Shown: piece by piece, positions 8,090 through 15,795 of the stretch | Numbering within the stretch: the stretch's first letter is position 1 | Layout: the number at the start of each line of letters is the position of its first letter | Source of the DNA: Candidatus Saccharimonadota bacterium | GTDB taxonomy: Bacteria; Patescibacteriota; Gracilibacteria; UBA1369; 2-02-FULL-48-14 | Length of the DNA: 32,000 nucleotides | Direction of reading: 5' to 3' | Assembly (NCBI GenBank): GCA_965230905.1 | Contig: OZ246396.1 | Coordinates: 60,001-92,000, forward strand | The notes under the pieces: generated by a model | What the model was told of the DNA's origin: nothing | Seen by the model: only the letters and a program-made list of their open reading frames with translations | Databases searched by the model: none | Program-made: the position numbers and the translations under genes

Positions 8090-8833
8090 ATGACACTACA
8101 ACTTAGAGAAATGTGGGTAAGGGGCGAAACAACACCGCTTCCTTGCAGAGGATATCTTCACGCAAAGGCACTTGAAAATATTCTGACAATTACAGGAAAA
8201 TCTGCAAGAAAAGCTATGATGAAACCTGGTCCATTTGATGAAGATGAATTTCGAACAACACTAGAAAAACGCTTCATAGAACAGAACGAGGCACACAAAG
8301 GGGCGAGTTGTAATGCAGCACTGGATTCTTTATCGGCTGAAGATCTTAAAAGTTTGTGGGGCATGGAAAGTAGTGGAGGAATGCCTGGCGTGGCTTTTGC
8401 TGATAGAAAATTGTTTTTATGGGCAGATACTTGCCCAGTAACATCGGAGGAACGTAGAAATTTATGTTATAACGAATTAGGGGAACAAGAATCAGACATA
8501 TGGTATCCCGGTTCTTTTGGAAATGCTGATTCTTTAGCTAAATCTTGGGGAGTTAGTCTGTTAAGACCTCAAGTTCGTCATGAAATGCAAGGAAAGTTTC
8601 CTTTAGAAACAGATGGAAGCTTAGTTTGGTTAAATACTCGTGATGCAATTCTTCGTGAAGGTAGAGCATTTAGATCACACATTGCTGGAGTAGACAGATC
8701 GGATTATTCTATACGTAATCACACAGATTATTGGGGGTTTAGAACTGAAAAATTAGTAGCCAATAAATTTCCAGCAAAACAATCTTTATTTGCCAGCTTT
8801 ATGGAGGGTTTCAGTGGCGGACAATTTGACTAG
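8090..8833 (+). CDS. DUF4256-like protein (island gene C) with an N-terminal extension
   Basis: The stretch LEKRFIEQNEAHKG … LWGMESSGGMPGVAF … FLWADTCPVTSEERRNLCYN … LVWLNT … YWGFRTEKLV follows the order of conserved blocks I recall for DUF4256 (ME.TGGEPDVV, F.DCSAESP.GRR..CYD, SW..T, GFRGSLKV). It also aligns with 18802..19434. Confidence 0.7.
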   Translation: MTLQLREMWVRGETTPLPCRGYLHAKALENILTITGKSARKAMMKPGPFDEDEFRTTLEKRFIEQNEAHKGASCNAALDSLSAEDLKSLWGMESSGGMPGVAFADRKLFLWADTCPVTSEERRNLCYNELGEQESDIWYPGSFGNADSLAKSWGVSLLRPQVRHEMQGKFPLETDGSLVWLNTRDAILREGRAFRSHIAGVDRSDYSIRNHTDYWGFRTEKLVANKFPAKQSLFASFMEGFSGGQFD

Positions 8834-8861
8834 GATCATTCCCTGTGCCGCACCATTGACA
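8830..8861 (+). repeat. island inter-cassette element, copy 3
   Basis: CTAGGATCATTCC-ctgt-GCCGCACCA-TTGACA. The span from CTAGG to ACCA is 26 nt, as in copies 1 and 2. The TAG stop of gene C (8831-8833) lies inside it. TTGACA-17-TAGCAT follows, about 20 nt upstream of the GTG start at 8909. Confidence 0.75.
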
Positions 8862-8908
8862 CCCGTATCGAATAGTTTTAGCATGATCTCTTTGCATAAA
8901 AATTATCT

Positions 8909-9904
8909 GTGACTCCAAGTATTTTGGACGCCTACGGGCCCTATAAAGAAAAAATCCGCGGCGCAGTTCGATCGGGTCATATTATTTGTCCAGATGGCTC
9001 GCCCGATTATGGCCCTTTTGATAGACACGGCCACTTGCCTAACAAAACTGACGAAACTCTGTTTTTGCGGGCGGGGGCCTTGAGAGAATGCAATACTCGA
9101 TCTTTGAATGCTGGTGCCGTAGCGGTTCTTGAACGCCTTTTCAAAGAAGATGTTCCCCGTAGATTTCTAGAATTGGGAGCAGGTTCCGGAAAAGGGTCTT
9201 TTGATGCATGGAAATTGGCGGAAGTTGCTCAAAGGACTCTTCTAATCGATACGGTGAGTAAAACTCCCGTAAGCCCCTATCACGGCTTAGAACAGAGCGT
9301 TCTTAAAATCGCTCATGATCTGCCACCTGATATTGTAGAAAGAACTGCAGGCGGCTTGAGGGACCTTGTGGCCCAAACCTTGAAGTATCGAAATGATCCG
9401 GCCTACCTTCGTTTACGTTTAGACGCGGCTTTAGCCTTATCTGAACTCGTTGCAGGACGTATTTTTAGAACTTTGAATGAGCCTTTTATAGAGCATCAAT
9501 ATATTGGGCGTTTTAAGGAACTGAACTTGGCTCCTGGGGCGTATGATCTTATTTATGATCGTTTTGGCGTCGTCTCAACAGGCGTGTTCACAACATATAA
9601 TCTCGCGATCCTGAAAAAAACTCTCGGCCTTTTGAATCGAGAGGGAATATTTGTTTGCGGGGCCTTGCGTGATCGTTGCGAATTTGTGGAGTGCGGTGCT
9701 GATGACGCTGTGGACTTAGGAGAATTTATTTGTGTTTATGGGCCGGATAATTCTGACGATGAGGACTATGTGGGTTTATTTTTCCATAGAGAAAGTACGT
9801 GTGCAGCTCAGTTGTTGCCCTTGCTTGAACCTCTGACGCCTCATCATGGGGTTTATTCTCCGGAAGATATGGGACCAGTCCTAGAGAGGCTAGGTACTAC
9901 TTAA
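8909..9904 (+). CDS. putative class I SAM-dependent methyltransferase-fold protein (island gene D)
   Basis: GTG-start ORF of 331 codons. FLELGAGSGKGS fits motif I (E/DxGxGxG), LLIDTV fits the acidic end of beta-2, and YDLIYDRFG and LLNREGIFV fit motifs II and III. The ~85-aa N-terminal extension is unassigned. Confidence 0.6.
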   Translation: MTPSILDAYGPYKEKIRGAVRSGHIICPDGSPDYGPFDRHGHLPNKTDETLFLRAGALRECNTRSLNAGAVAVLERLFKEDVPRRFLELGAGSGKGSFDAWKLAEVAQRTLLIDTVSKTPVSPYHGLEQSVLKIAHDLPPDIVERTAGGLRDLVAQTLKYRNDPAYLRLRLDAALALSELVAGRIFRTLNEPFIEHQYIGRFKELNLAPGAYDLIYDRFGVVSTGVFTTYNLAILKKTLGLLNREGIFVCGALRDRCEFVECGADDAVDLGEFICVYGPDNSDDEDYVGLFFHRESTCAAQLLPLLEPLTPHHGVYSPEDMGPVLERLGTT

Positions 9905-11564
9905 ACCAACCCCCAATTTTGCTTGCCCAGCCTTTCACTGCAGCCGTAGCTTTTTGTGTGAAGGATGGCTCAGGTGCGGGCGCCACTTTAGGTGCAGGAG
10001 CGATGACCGGTGCCTTTGCTACTTGAATAGCATGTGCTTCAGGAATATCTACTACGCTCGCGAGGCCCATTTGTGCAGGAGTGCTGATTGGAAGAACCTC
10101 TTCTTCAACGAGGTAGTCGGTCAAATCTTCATCCTCATCTAGGGCAAGTTCTTCATCTTCCACGACGGATGTGGATGCAAAGTTCATAGGTTCTGGAGCG
10201 TCGTAAACGTTGCTTTGTTCAGGCACGAATTCAACGAGAACGGGTGTAGGCTGAGTGAGGTCTGTTGCGGTTCCAAGATTCATTGGCTCTGGTGCGTCGT
10301 AGAGGCTTGCAGATTGAGCGCTTGGGTACTGGAAGTGAGCCGGTGAAGGCGGAGGTGTAGCTACGAAGCTAGCAACCGTTTCTTTGACTTGTTCTGGAGT
10401 GATCTTTGCGAGCTCGGCTTCAGCTTGAGCTGGATCTTCTGCGATGCGTGAATCTTTAATGAGGGCGATTTGTTTAGCCAGCGCTAAAGCGGTTTGGTCG
10501 GAATTGTTTGGATCGTCTACTGAGTCGAGATTTTCGTCTGAAGCAATATGTGCCAAAGCATCATCGAGGTTTGTGATGGGCGTAGGTGAAGCATCAAGGC
10601 TGGCTAAAACTGCATCGTATCCACGCCACTTTTCTAGTTTTTCAACTACTAAATCCAGGGCGAGTTTGCTATCTCTCCAAGGGCTGCCCAAATCTTGATA
10701 AGAGTTGGCATCTGCATAGAGTCCGCTCACGAGTTCATTGGTAGCAGCGGCTGTGAGACGAGTATCTTTTGAGGGCATTTGAACTTCCACTTTTCCATAG
10801 AGCGTGGTGGGTTCAACTGGAGAAGCTTCACAAGGAGTTTCTTCCTCGACGCATTCTCCATCCTCTGGCAACGACGCGAGGTAAGCAAGCTCTGCGTCAT
10901 TAGGCCCTTCACACACACGAGAATCGTCCATTTCTTGAGGGCGGTTTGCATAGAATGCTGCACCTAAGGCTCCACCAGCTAGCAAAGCACCCATTGCAGC
11001 AAAAATTTTCGAGCGATGATTGTTTAGAAAACCTGTAGATAGAGATTTACCTTCAACAAGCTTAACTGGTTCAAATGCTGGCGCAGAGGCTGGTTTTACA
11101 CCAGGTTTTGTGGGCTCATCGGCATCCCAGTCAGCTGTGTCAGCCTTTTTCGTTTGAGGCAGTGGAGCTGGCGATAAAAAATCAGGATCTATTGAGTTTG
11201 GATTGAAATCAGGAAAGTAGGTTTTAATTGCGCTGAGCAAAGAGTCCCTTCTATGTGCTGGCGTGTCGGCTGGCAAGCCTAAATACACTTCAATCAACCC
11301 TTTTCCGCTTAAGTTTGTAAACGCTTTCCCTCTTTCTGTAACGCTCAAAGGGTCAGCCCCACCTTGACCAAACCCATGATACAAAAACTTTACCCCCTTG
11401 GCTTCAGCTTCATGATTAGGCTCTTCTGAGATGTCTACCCTGATTCTAGCAGATCCTTCATCATCCTTAAACTCTTCTGAGTCGTCTACTAGGACTCCAG
11501 CGGTTTCTTCATCGATTCCACTTGTATCATAGGATTTTTGGACTGTAGAAGAAAGTTTCATCAT
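9897..11564 (-). CDS. hypothetical acidic single-pass membrane protein
   Basis: 555-codon ATG ORF with one central hydrophobic helix (IFAAMGALLAGGALGAAFYA). The very acidic C-terminal half carries a duplicated YDAPEPMN motif and an Ala/Pro-rich tail (APVIAPAPKVAPAPEP). Its TAG stop overlaps gene D by 8 bp in convergent orientation. Confidence 0.7.
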   Translation of the reverse strand: MMKLSSTVQKSYDTSGIDEETAGVLVDDSEEFKDDEGSARIRVDISEEPNHEAEAKGVKFLYHGFGQGGADPLSVTERGKAFTNLSGKGLIEVYLGLPADTPAHRRDSLLSAIKTYFPDFNPNSIDPDFLSPAPLPQTKKADTADWDADEPTKPGVKPASAPAFEPVKLVEGKSLSTGFLNNHRSKIFAAMGALLAGGALGAAFYANRPQEMDDSRVCEGPNDAELAYLASLPEDGECVEEETPCEASPVEPTTLYGKVEVQMPSKDTRLTAAATNELVSGLYADANSYQDLGSPWRDSKLALDLVVEKLEKWRGYDAVLASLDASPTPITNLDDALAHIASDENLDSVDDPNNSDQTALALAKQIALIKDSRIAEDPAQAEAELAKITPEQVKETVASFVATPPPSPAHFQYPSAQSASLYDAPEPMNLGTATDLTQPTPVLVEFVPEQSNVYDAPEPMNFASTSVVEDEELALDEDEDLTDYLVEEEVLPISTPAQMGLASVVDIPEAHAIQVAKAPVIAPAPKVAPAPEPSFTQKATAAVKGWASKIGGWFK

Positions 11565-11614
11565 TTATGATTAAGATGGATGCGGATTATAAAACTTAAA
11601 TGTGCCTATGTCAA

Positions 11615-14600
11615 CTACAAAGCTGTGCACCACTCGCATTCGCCACAGGCGGTGAACTCGTCGACATCGAGAAAACGGAGATTTTGGATGTCGTCGTAGA
11701 CGGATTTGATCTGGGTGCGGAGGTCGGCGAGCTCTTCGGGGGTCGGGTAAATGGGCTTGCGTATATAATCGCCTGTTTTGCTCTTTTGCACAAAGTCTAT
11801 TTCGCCGCTGACCATGGTGTAGGGGAATTTTTTGGAGTTGTCGCAGAGGAGCTTGTAGAAAAGGATCTGACGGCGGTACTCCCCTTGCGGACCGAATTCG
11901 GACTTTTTGTTGTCGGGCATGCCGGTTTTGTAATCCACCACATGCACCGACCGGTCGGCTTCGTCCTTGAGTTCGATCTTGTCGAGTTTTCCGGTGATGG
12001 GCACTCCATCCACATTCACGCCATGGGAGCGGAAGTCGTATTCAACCAGAACATCGGGGCGGAAAGTGTCGCGGTAATGATCGTAGTAATCGGCCAGGGT
12101 GCGTTTGCCGAGGTCGAGGCCGCCACGAAAATCTTGCAGGGAGAGGATTTCGCGTTGGAGGTGTTTTTCAAACTGATCGAGCACGGTTTCTTTGGCGGGT
12201 GTGCTGCCTTCGCGGACTCCTACGTAGAGGTCTTTGAGGGCTTCGTGAACAGCGGTTCCAAAAGCGAGGGATTTGGACTTGGCTCGCGGCACGCGCAGCA
12301 CATTGTTGTAGTAAAAAAGTCGCGGACAGCGGAGGTAGTTATTGAGGTGGGTCACGCTCATGGTGTAGTTCTGCAGGAGGCTCGCGATGTAGGCGCGGTG
12401 GTCTTCGGTGAGGCTGGGCTTGGGGACTAGGAAGAGCGTTTGTAGATGTTCGAGAGCTTCTTGTTCAAGGTAAGTGGTTTCCAAGTTTTGCTTCAACGAG
12501 TCGTCTATTTCGCTTAGGAACATGGAAGGAACGGTCGGTCGGCCTTGATCGTTTTCTTTGGGATACGTGAGGGTAACGGATTTTTTTGCACGGGTGATGG
12601 CCACAAAAAATAGTCGGCGTTCTTCTTCATTTTTCTCATGTGGCTGCGTGACTTTGAGCAGCGTAGCGGGCAGCTTGAGTTTGGCGTGGTCGGGCGCGTT
12701 GCCCCAGTGGCGGTCGACGGCGTTCATTATAAAGACGTGCTCGTACTCGAGCCCCTTGGAGCGGTGCGCGGTCATGAGGCAGACGGCGTCTTTGTTGGTG
12801 ACGAGTTCCTGCGCGGGCAGACTGAGACCGTTTTCTTTGAGCAGGTCGAGGTAAGCGATGAAATTCGTGAGCGTCATGCCAGGGTTGGCGCGGTTCCACT
12901 GTTTGAGTTCGGCGAAAAGACTGTTGAGGCGATTGAGTTCTTCGAGCTGATTTTCTTGCGCGAGGATGCGCGTGAGGTAGCCGCTGTCCTGGATTAGCAG
13001 ATCGAAAAATTCAATGAGTGGACGGTTGATGCTTTCTTTATGCCAGCTCATGAGCTTGTCCGCAAAGTCGCTGAAGGCGGGGTTTGCTTTCATGGCTTCG
13101 AGGAAGCTTTTTCGGTGGGCCTCGCGGGTGAGCTTGGCGATGCTGAGCGAATCGAAATCCCAAAAGTCGTAATGCAGAATGGTGAAGAGATGCGATTCGT
13201 CTTCGGGGTCAGCGAGGTAGCGTAGAAGGTTGAGGAGTTTTTGAACGCTTTTGTCATTGAGGAGATCCTGGCCGGCGGAAAGATGGAAAGGAATCTTCAT
13301 GCGTAGGAAAAGTTCCACCAGGCCTTCGGCTTCGCGGTTGCTGCGGTAGAGAATCGCAATTTCAGAGGGCTTGGTGCCGTCGGCGAGGAGACGCTGGATT
13401 TCTTTGGCCAGGAAATAACGCTGCGAGTCAGCGTTGTCGAGTTCCGCGACGCGGATGGGCTGCGCGGGGTGCGGCACGTTGGAGTGCAGCGCTTCGAATT
13501 TTTCGTCGAGGAATTGAGCGAGGTTTTGTTCACTGTGGGCGATGAGCGACTGCGCCGCATCAAGCACGGTTTGCTGGCTGCGGTAGTTCTCGCGGAGCGT
13601 AACCACTTGCACGGTTTTTTTGTAGAGCTGGTAGAAGTAGAGCAGGTTTTCGAGCGAGGCGCCCTGAAAGCGGTAAATGGATTGCTTGTCGTCCCCCACC
13701 ACGAAGATGTTTGGGTTTTCAAAAAACTCGCCGAGGAGGCGAACCACCTCGTTTTGAGCACTGTTGGTGTCTTGGTATTCGTCCACCAGAATGTATTGGA
13801 ATTGCTCTTGGTAACGGGCACGGAGTTCTGGATTTTGCTTCAGTTTTTCCGTCACAAAACTGATCATATCTTCAAAGTCGTAACGGCCGCGGCTGCGCAG
13901 CATGTCTTGGTAGTTTTTGTAGATTCCGCAGAGGGCGAGTTGTTTGGGAATTTCGCGCTGCCATTCTTCAAACGCATCCTTGAGGGCGCTCTTCATTACG
14001 GTGCGATTTTTTTTGTCGTCGGTGTCTCCGTCCAAATAGGCCGCGAAGGGCGTGCCAGTGAGTTCAGTTTTTATTCTTTCGAAATCGGCGGCGGCGAGCT
14101 GGTTGGCGTGTGTGCTGACGAAGGCCGTTATGGTTTCGGCGTAGCTGGCGATGAGCGCCTCCCCTTCTTGAACCACGGCTTGCAGTCGCTCGGGCGATGC
14201 GTTTTCACGTTTCAAATCTTGAATGGCCTTAGTGATGTCTTTCAAATAAAAATAGGGACTGCCAAAGGGACGGAGCGGCGTGTTTTCGCCGAGTTGGTCG
14301 AGCAGTTCGCGGAAAAACTGAATCCGCTCCACTTCGGTGAGGGCGCTGAGCTCACGGGCGAAGAGAAACTCCGTCGGGTAATCCTGAATCACTTCATTAC
14401 AGAAAGAATGGAAGGTGTGGATGCGCACGCCGTACGCGGTTTCGCCAATAAAACTGAGCAGACGTTTACGCATGGCCACGGCGCCGGATTCGGTAAAAGT
14501 GAGGCAGAGAATGTTGTGCGGCGCGGCTTGGGTTTTTCGTAAAATTTGCGCGATGCGCAGGGCTATCATTTGCGTCTTCCCCGTCCCGGGACCCGCCAAA

Positions 14601-14680
14601 ACCATCACCGGTCCTTCTATCTGGTCCACCGCTGATTTTTGTTCCGCGTTCAGCTGGTCATAGGCGGCTTCAAAGTTCAT
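11615..14680 (-). CDS. UvrD/PcrA-type SF1 helicase fused to a C-terminal PD-(D/E)xK nuclease with a Cas4/AddB-like Cys cluster
   Basis: Helicase motifs in order: LAGPGTGKT (Walker A), ILVDEYQDTN (II), VGDDKQSIYRFQGA (III), LRENYRS (IV), MTAHRSKGLEYEHVF (V) and FFVAITRAKKSV (VI). The C-terminal nuclease shows RCPRLFYY (first Cys), GKLDKIEL…VHVVDYKTG (D…D/E-x-K), QILFYKLL (QxxxY) and a terminal CGECEWC. Confidence 0.9.
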   Translation of the reverse strand: MNFEAAYDQLNAEQKSAVDQIEGPVMVLAGPGTGKTQMIALRIAQILRKTQAAPHNILCLTFTESGAVAMRKRLLSFIGETAYGVRIHTFHSFCNEVIQDYPTEFLFARELSALTEVERIQFFRELLDQLGENTPLRPFGSPYFYLKDITKAIQDLKRENASPERLQAVVQEGEALIASYAETITAFVSTHANQLAAADFERIKTELTGTPFAAYLDGDTDDKKNRTVMKSALKDAFEEWQREIPKQLALCGIYKNYQDMLRSRGRYDFEDMISFVTEKLKQNPELRARYQEQFQYILVDEYQDTNSAQNEVVRLLGEFFENPNIFVVGDDKQSIYRFQGASLENLLYFYQLYKKTVQVVTLRENYRSQQTVLDAAQSLIAHSEQNLAQFLDEKFEALHSNVPHPAQPIRVAELDNADSQRYFLAKEIQRLLADGTKPSEIAILYRSNREAEGLVELFLRMKIPFHLSAGQDLLNDKSVQKLLNLLRYLADPEDESHLFTILHYDFWDFDSLSIAKLTREAHRKSFLEAMKANPAFSDFADKLMSWHKESINRPLIEFFDLLIQDSGYLTRILAQENQLEELNRLNSLFAELKQWNRANPGMTLTNFIAYLDLLKENGLSLPAQELVTNKDAVCLMTAHRSKGLEYEHVFIMNAVDRHWGNAPDHAKLKLPATLLKVTQPHEKNEEERRLFFVAITRAKKSVTLTYPKENDQGRPTVPSMFLSEIDDSLKQNLETTYLEQEALEHLQTLFLVPKPSLTEDHRAYIASLLQNYTMSVTHLNNYLRCPRLFYYNNVLRVPRAKSKSLAFGTAVHEALKDLYVGVREGSTPAKETVLDQFEKHLQREILSLQDFRGGLDLGKRTLADYYDHYRDTFRPDVLVEYDFRSHGVNVDGVPITGKLDKIELKDEADRSVHVVDYKTGMPDNKKSEFGPQGEYRRQILFYKLLCDNSKKFPYTMVSGEIDFVQKSKTGDYIRKPIYPTPEELADLRTQIKSVYDDIQNLRFLDVDEFTACGECEWCTAL

Positions 14681-15200
14681 GAGATTCAGGTTCGCTTGGC
14701 TTGTTAAAGTGCAGTTCGGCTTTTCGCAAAAGGTCGCGGGCGTTTTCGTAGGTCAGGCGGCGCAGCGCTTCGGTGTAGGGGAGCCAGCGGAAATTCTTGT
14801 GTTCAAAGGAGATTTTCACCTCGCGCTCTTGCGTTTCGGCCACAAAATAAACCACCACTTTTTTCACACGTTCTTTATGCCCGCGGTTGAATTCGTAGTA
14901 CATCGGCTCCCGGTAGCCTTCGATGAAAACCACTTCCGTGATTCCGGTTTCCTCGGTGAGTTCGCGCAGGGCCGTGGCGTGCTCATCAACATCGATTTTT
15001 TCGACGTGACCCTTGGGGAAATCCCAGTGTCCGCCCGGGTAGTGAAGCAGTAGAAATTCTTTGCGGTCGTTTTCCATTCGGTAAACGATCACTCCGCAGG
15101 ATTTTTCATGCACATCCCGTCGGGGCACGCGGCTTCCTCTCGTTGATGCGGAATTGCCCTTCTGGTGAGAAGGTTTCTTTGGTGGATGATTGAACGTCAT
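14670..15200 (-). CDS. NUDIX hydrolase, Ap4A-hydrolase-like
   Basis: NUDIX box in WDFPKGHVEKIDVDEHATALRELTEETGI (REUxEExGU intact, with one extra residue in the upstream spacer). The PKGHVE context resembles NUDT2-type diadenosine tetraphosphatases. Its last 11 nt overlap the helicase start (tct CAT GAA CTT TGA versus ATG AAC TTT GAA). Confidence 0.85.
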   Translation of the reverse strand: MTFNHPPKKPSHQKGNSASTRGSRVPRRDVHEKSCGVIVYRMENDRKEFLLLHYPGGHWDFPKGHVEKIDVDEHATALRELTEETGITEVVFIEGYREPMYYEFNRGHKERVKKVVVYFVAETQEREVKISFEHKNFRWLPYTEALRRLTYENARDLLRKAELHFNKPSEPESHEL

Positions 15201-15307
15201 AATTGATTCAAGAGTAGCACAAAGCGGCGGCGGGCGGCGAGGGGATTTTTTACTACTTGACTAAACTAGTTGATATTTGAAACAATCTTTTCTCAAAAGA
15301 ATATTTT

Positions 15308-15781
15308 ATGGACAGAAAGCCTTTGATAGTGCCTCCTCATGACTTTACCTTTACAGGAGAGCGCATAGATATTGACGGTCTTGGTGTACACAAATTGTCC
15401 ACTCCGCCTACACACGAGCGATCTTTGCCTATGCAAGTACTGGTTCGTCAAAGCATGCTCATGGCCTTAATGGATAAACCCGGTCTTTTAAACCGAAATG
15501 GAGCTACACAAAGTGACTTTAGTCTAAAAATACCTTTTACATCACCCGCTCTGCAAGATTGGGTTTTGCATCTTTTACCTAGCCCCGACAAGGAGCAGTT
15601 CCCAACTGATTTTCTGGGATTGCTGGCCGGCGAAGGAGTATTAAAATGTCTACAGGGTGGCCGTGTTTTACAGATTCAACGAAAAACTTTAGATGACGCA
15701 GGCTTAGCCCTGACACATTCGGCCGTACTTCGAGTGAGCACTCCTGATTGGTGTTGGGAAAACCCGCAGGGAACTATTTAA
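15308..15781 (+). CDS. hypothetical protein (orphan)
   Basis: 157-codon ATG ORF with no recognisable motifs. The N-terminal ~50 aa resemble 2970..3527. Confidence 0.5.
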   Translation: MDRKPLIVPPHDFTFTGERIDIDGLGVHKLSTPPTHERSLPMQVLVRQSMLMALMDKPGLLNRNGATQSDFSLKIPFTSPALQDWVLHLLPSPDKEQFPTDFLGLLAGEGVLKCLQGGRVLQIQRKTLDDAGLALTHSAVLRVSTPDWCWENPQGTI

Positions 15782-15795
15782 AGCATACTGGTCTC

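Noticed and set aside
6823-8861. The island elements might be integron attC sites, or duplicated 3' halves of a tRNA (att scars).
   Set aside because: I could not find the paired R''/R' GTTRRRY core sites or the extended imperfect palindrome expected of attC. Forcing the elements into a T-arm/acceptor register gives non-complementary stems. Only CCACCAT is shared with the tRNA-Val end, which is too short to prove an att duplication. The idea is kept as a speculation inside the finding, not as a call.
9897-9904. Convergent coding overlaps: 8 bp between island gene D and the 555-aa gene, and 17 bp between folC and ligA at 22327-22343.
   Set aside because: Short 3'-3' overlaps are common in compact genomes. 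By themselves they do not indicate anything unusual.
11600-14663. Long plus-strand ORFs opposite the helicase gene (11600..12430, 12638..12997, 13469..14542, 14415..14663). Similar long antisense ORFs lie opposite ligA (23368..24402), the second glycosyltransferase (17864..18736), dnaX (20459..21142), gene 36..1421 (687..1289), the 627-aa gene (25448..25963, 25960..26526) and rel (30624..31100, 31542..31988).
   Set aside because: Each lies antisense to a gene with unambiguous conserved motifs. Their translations are repetitive or Arg/Gly/Phe-rich with no motifs. This is typical of shadow ORFs in moderately GC-rich coding DNA.
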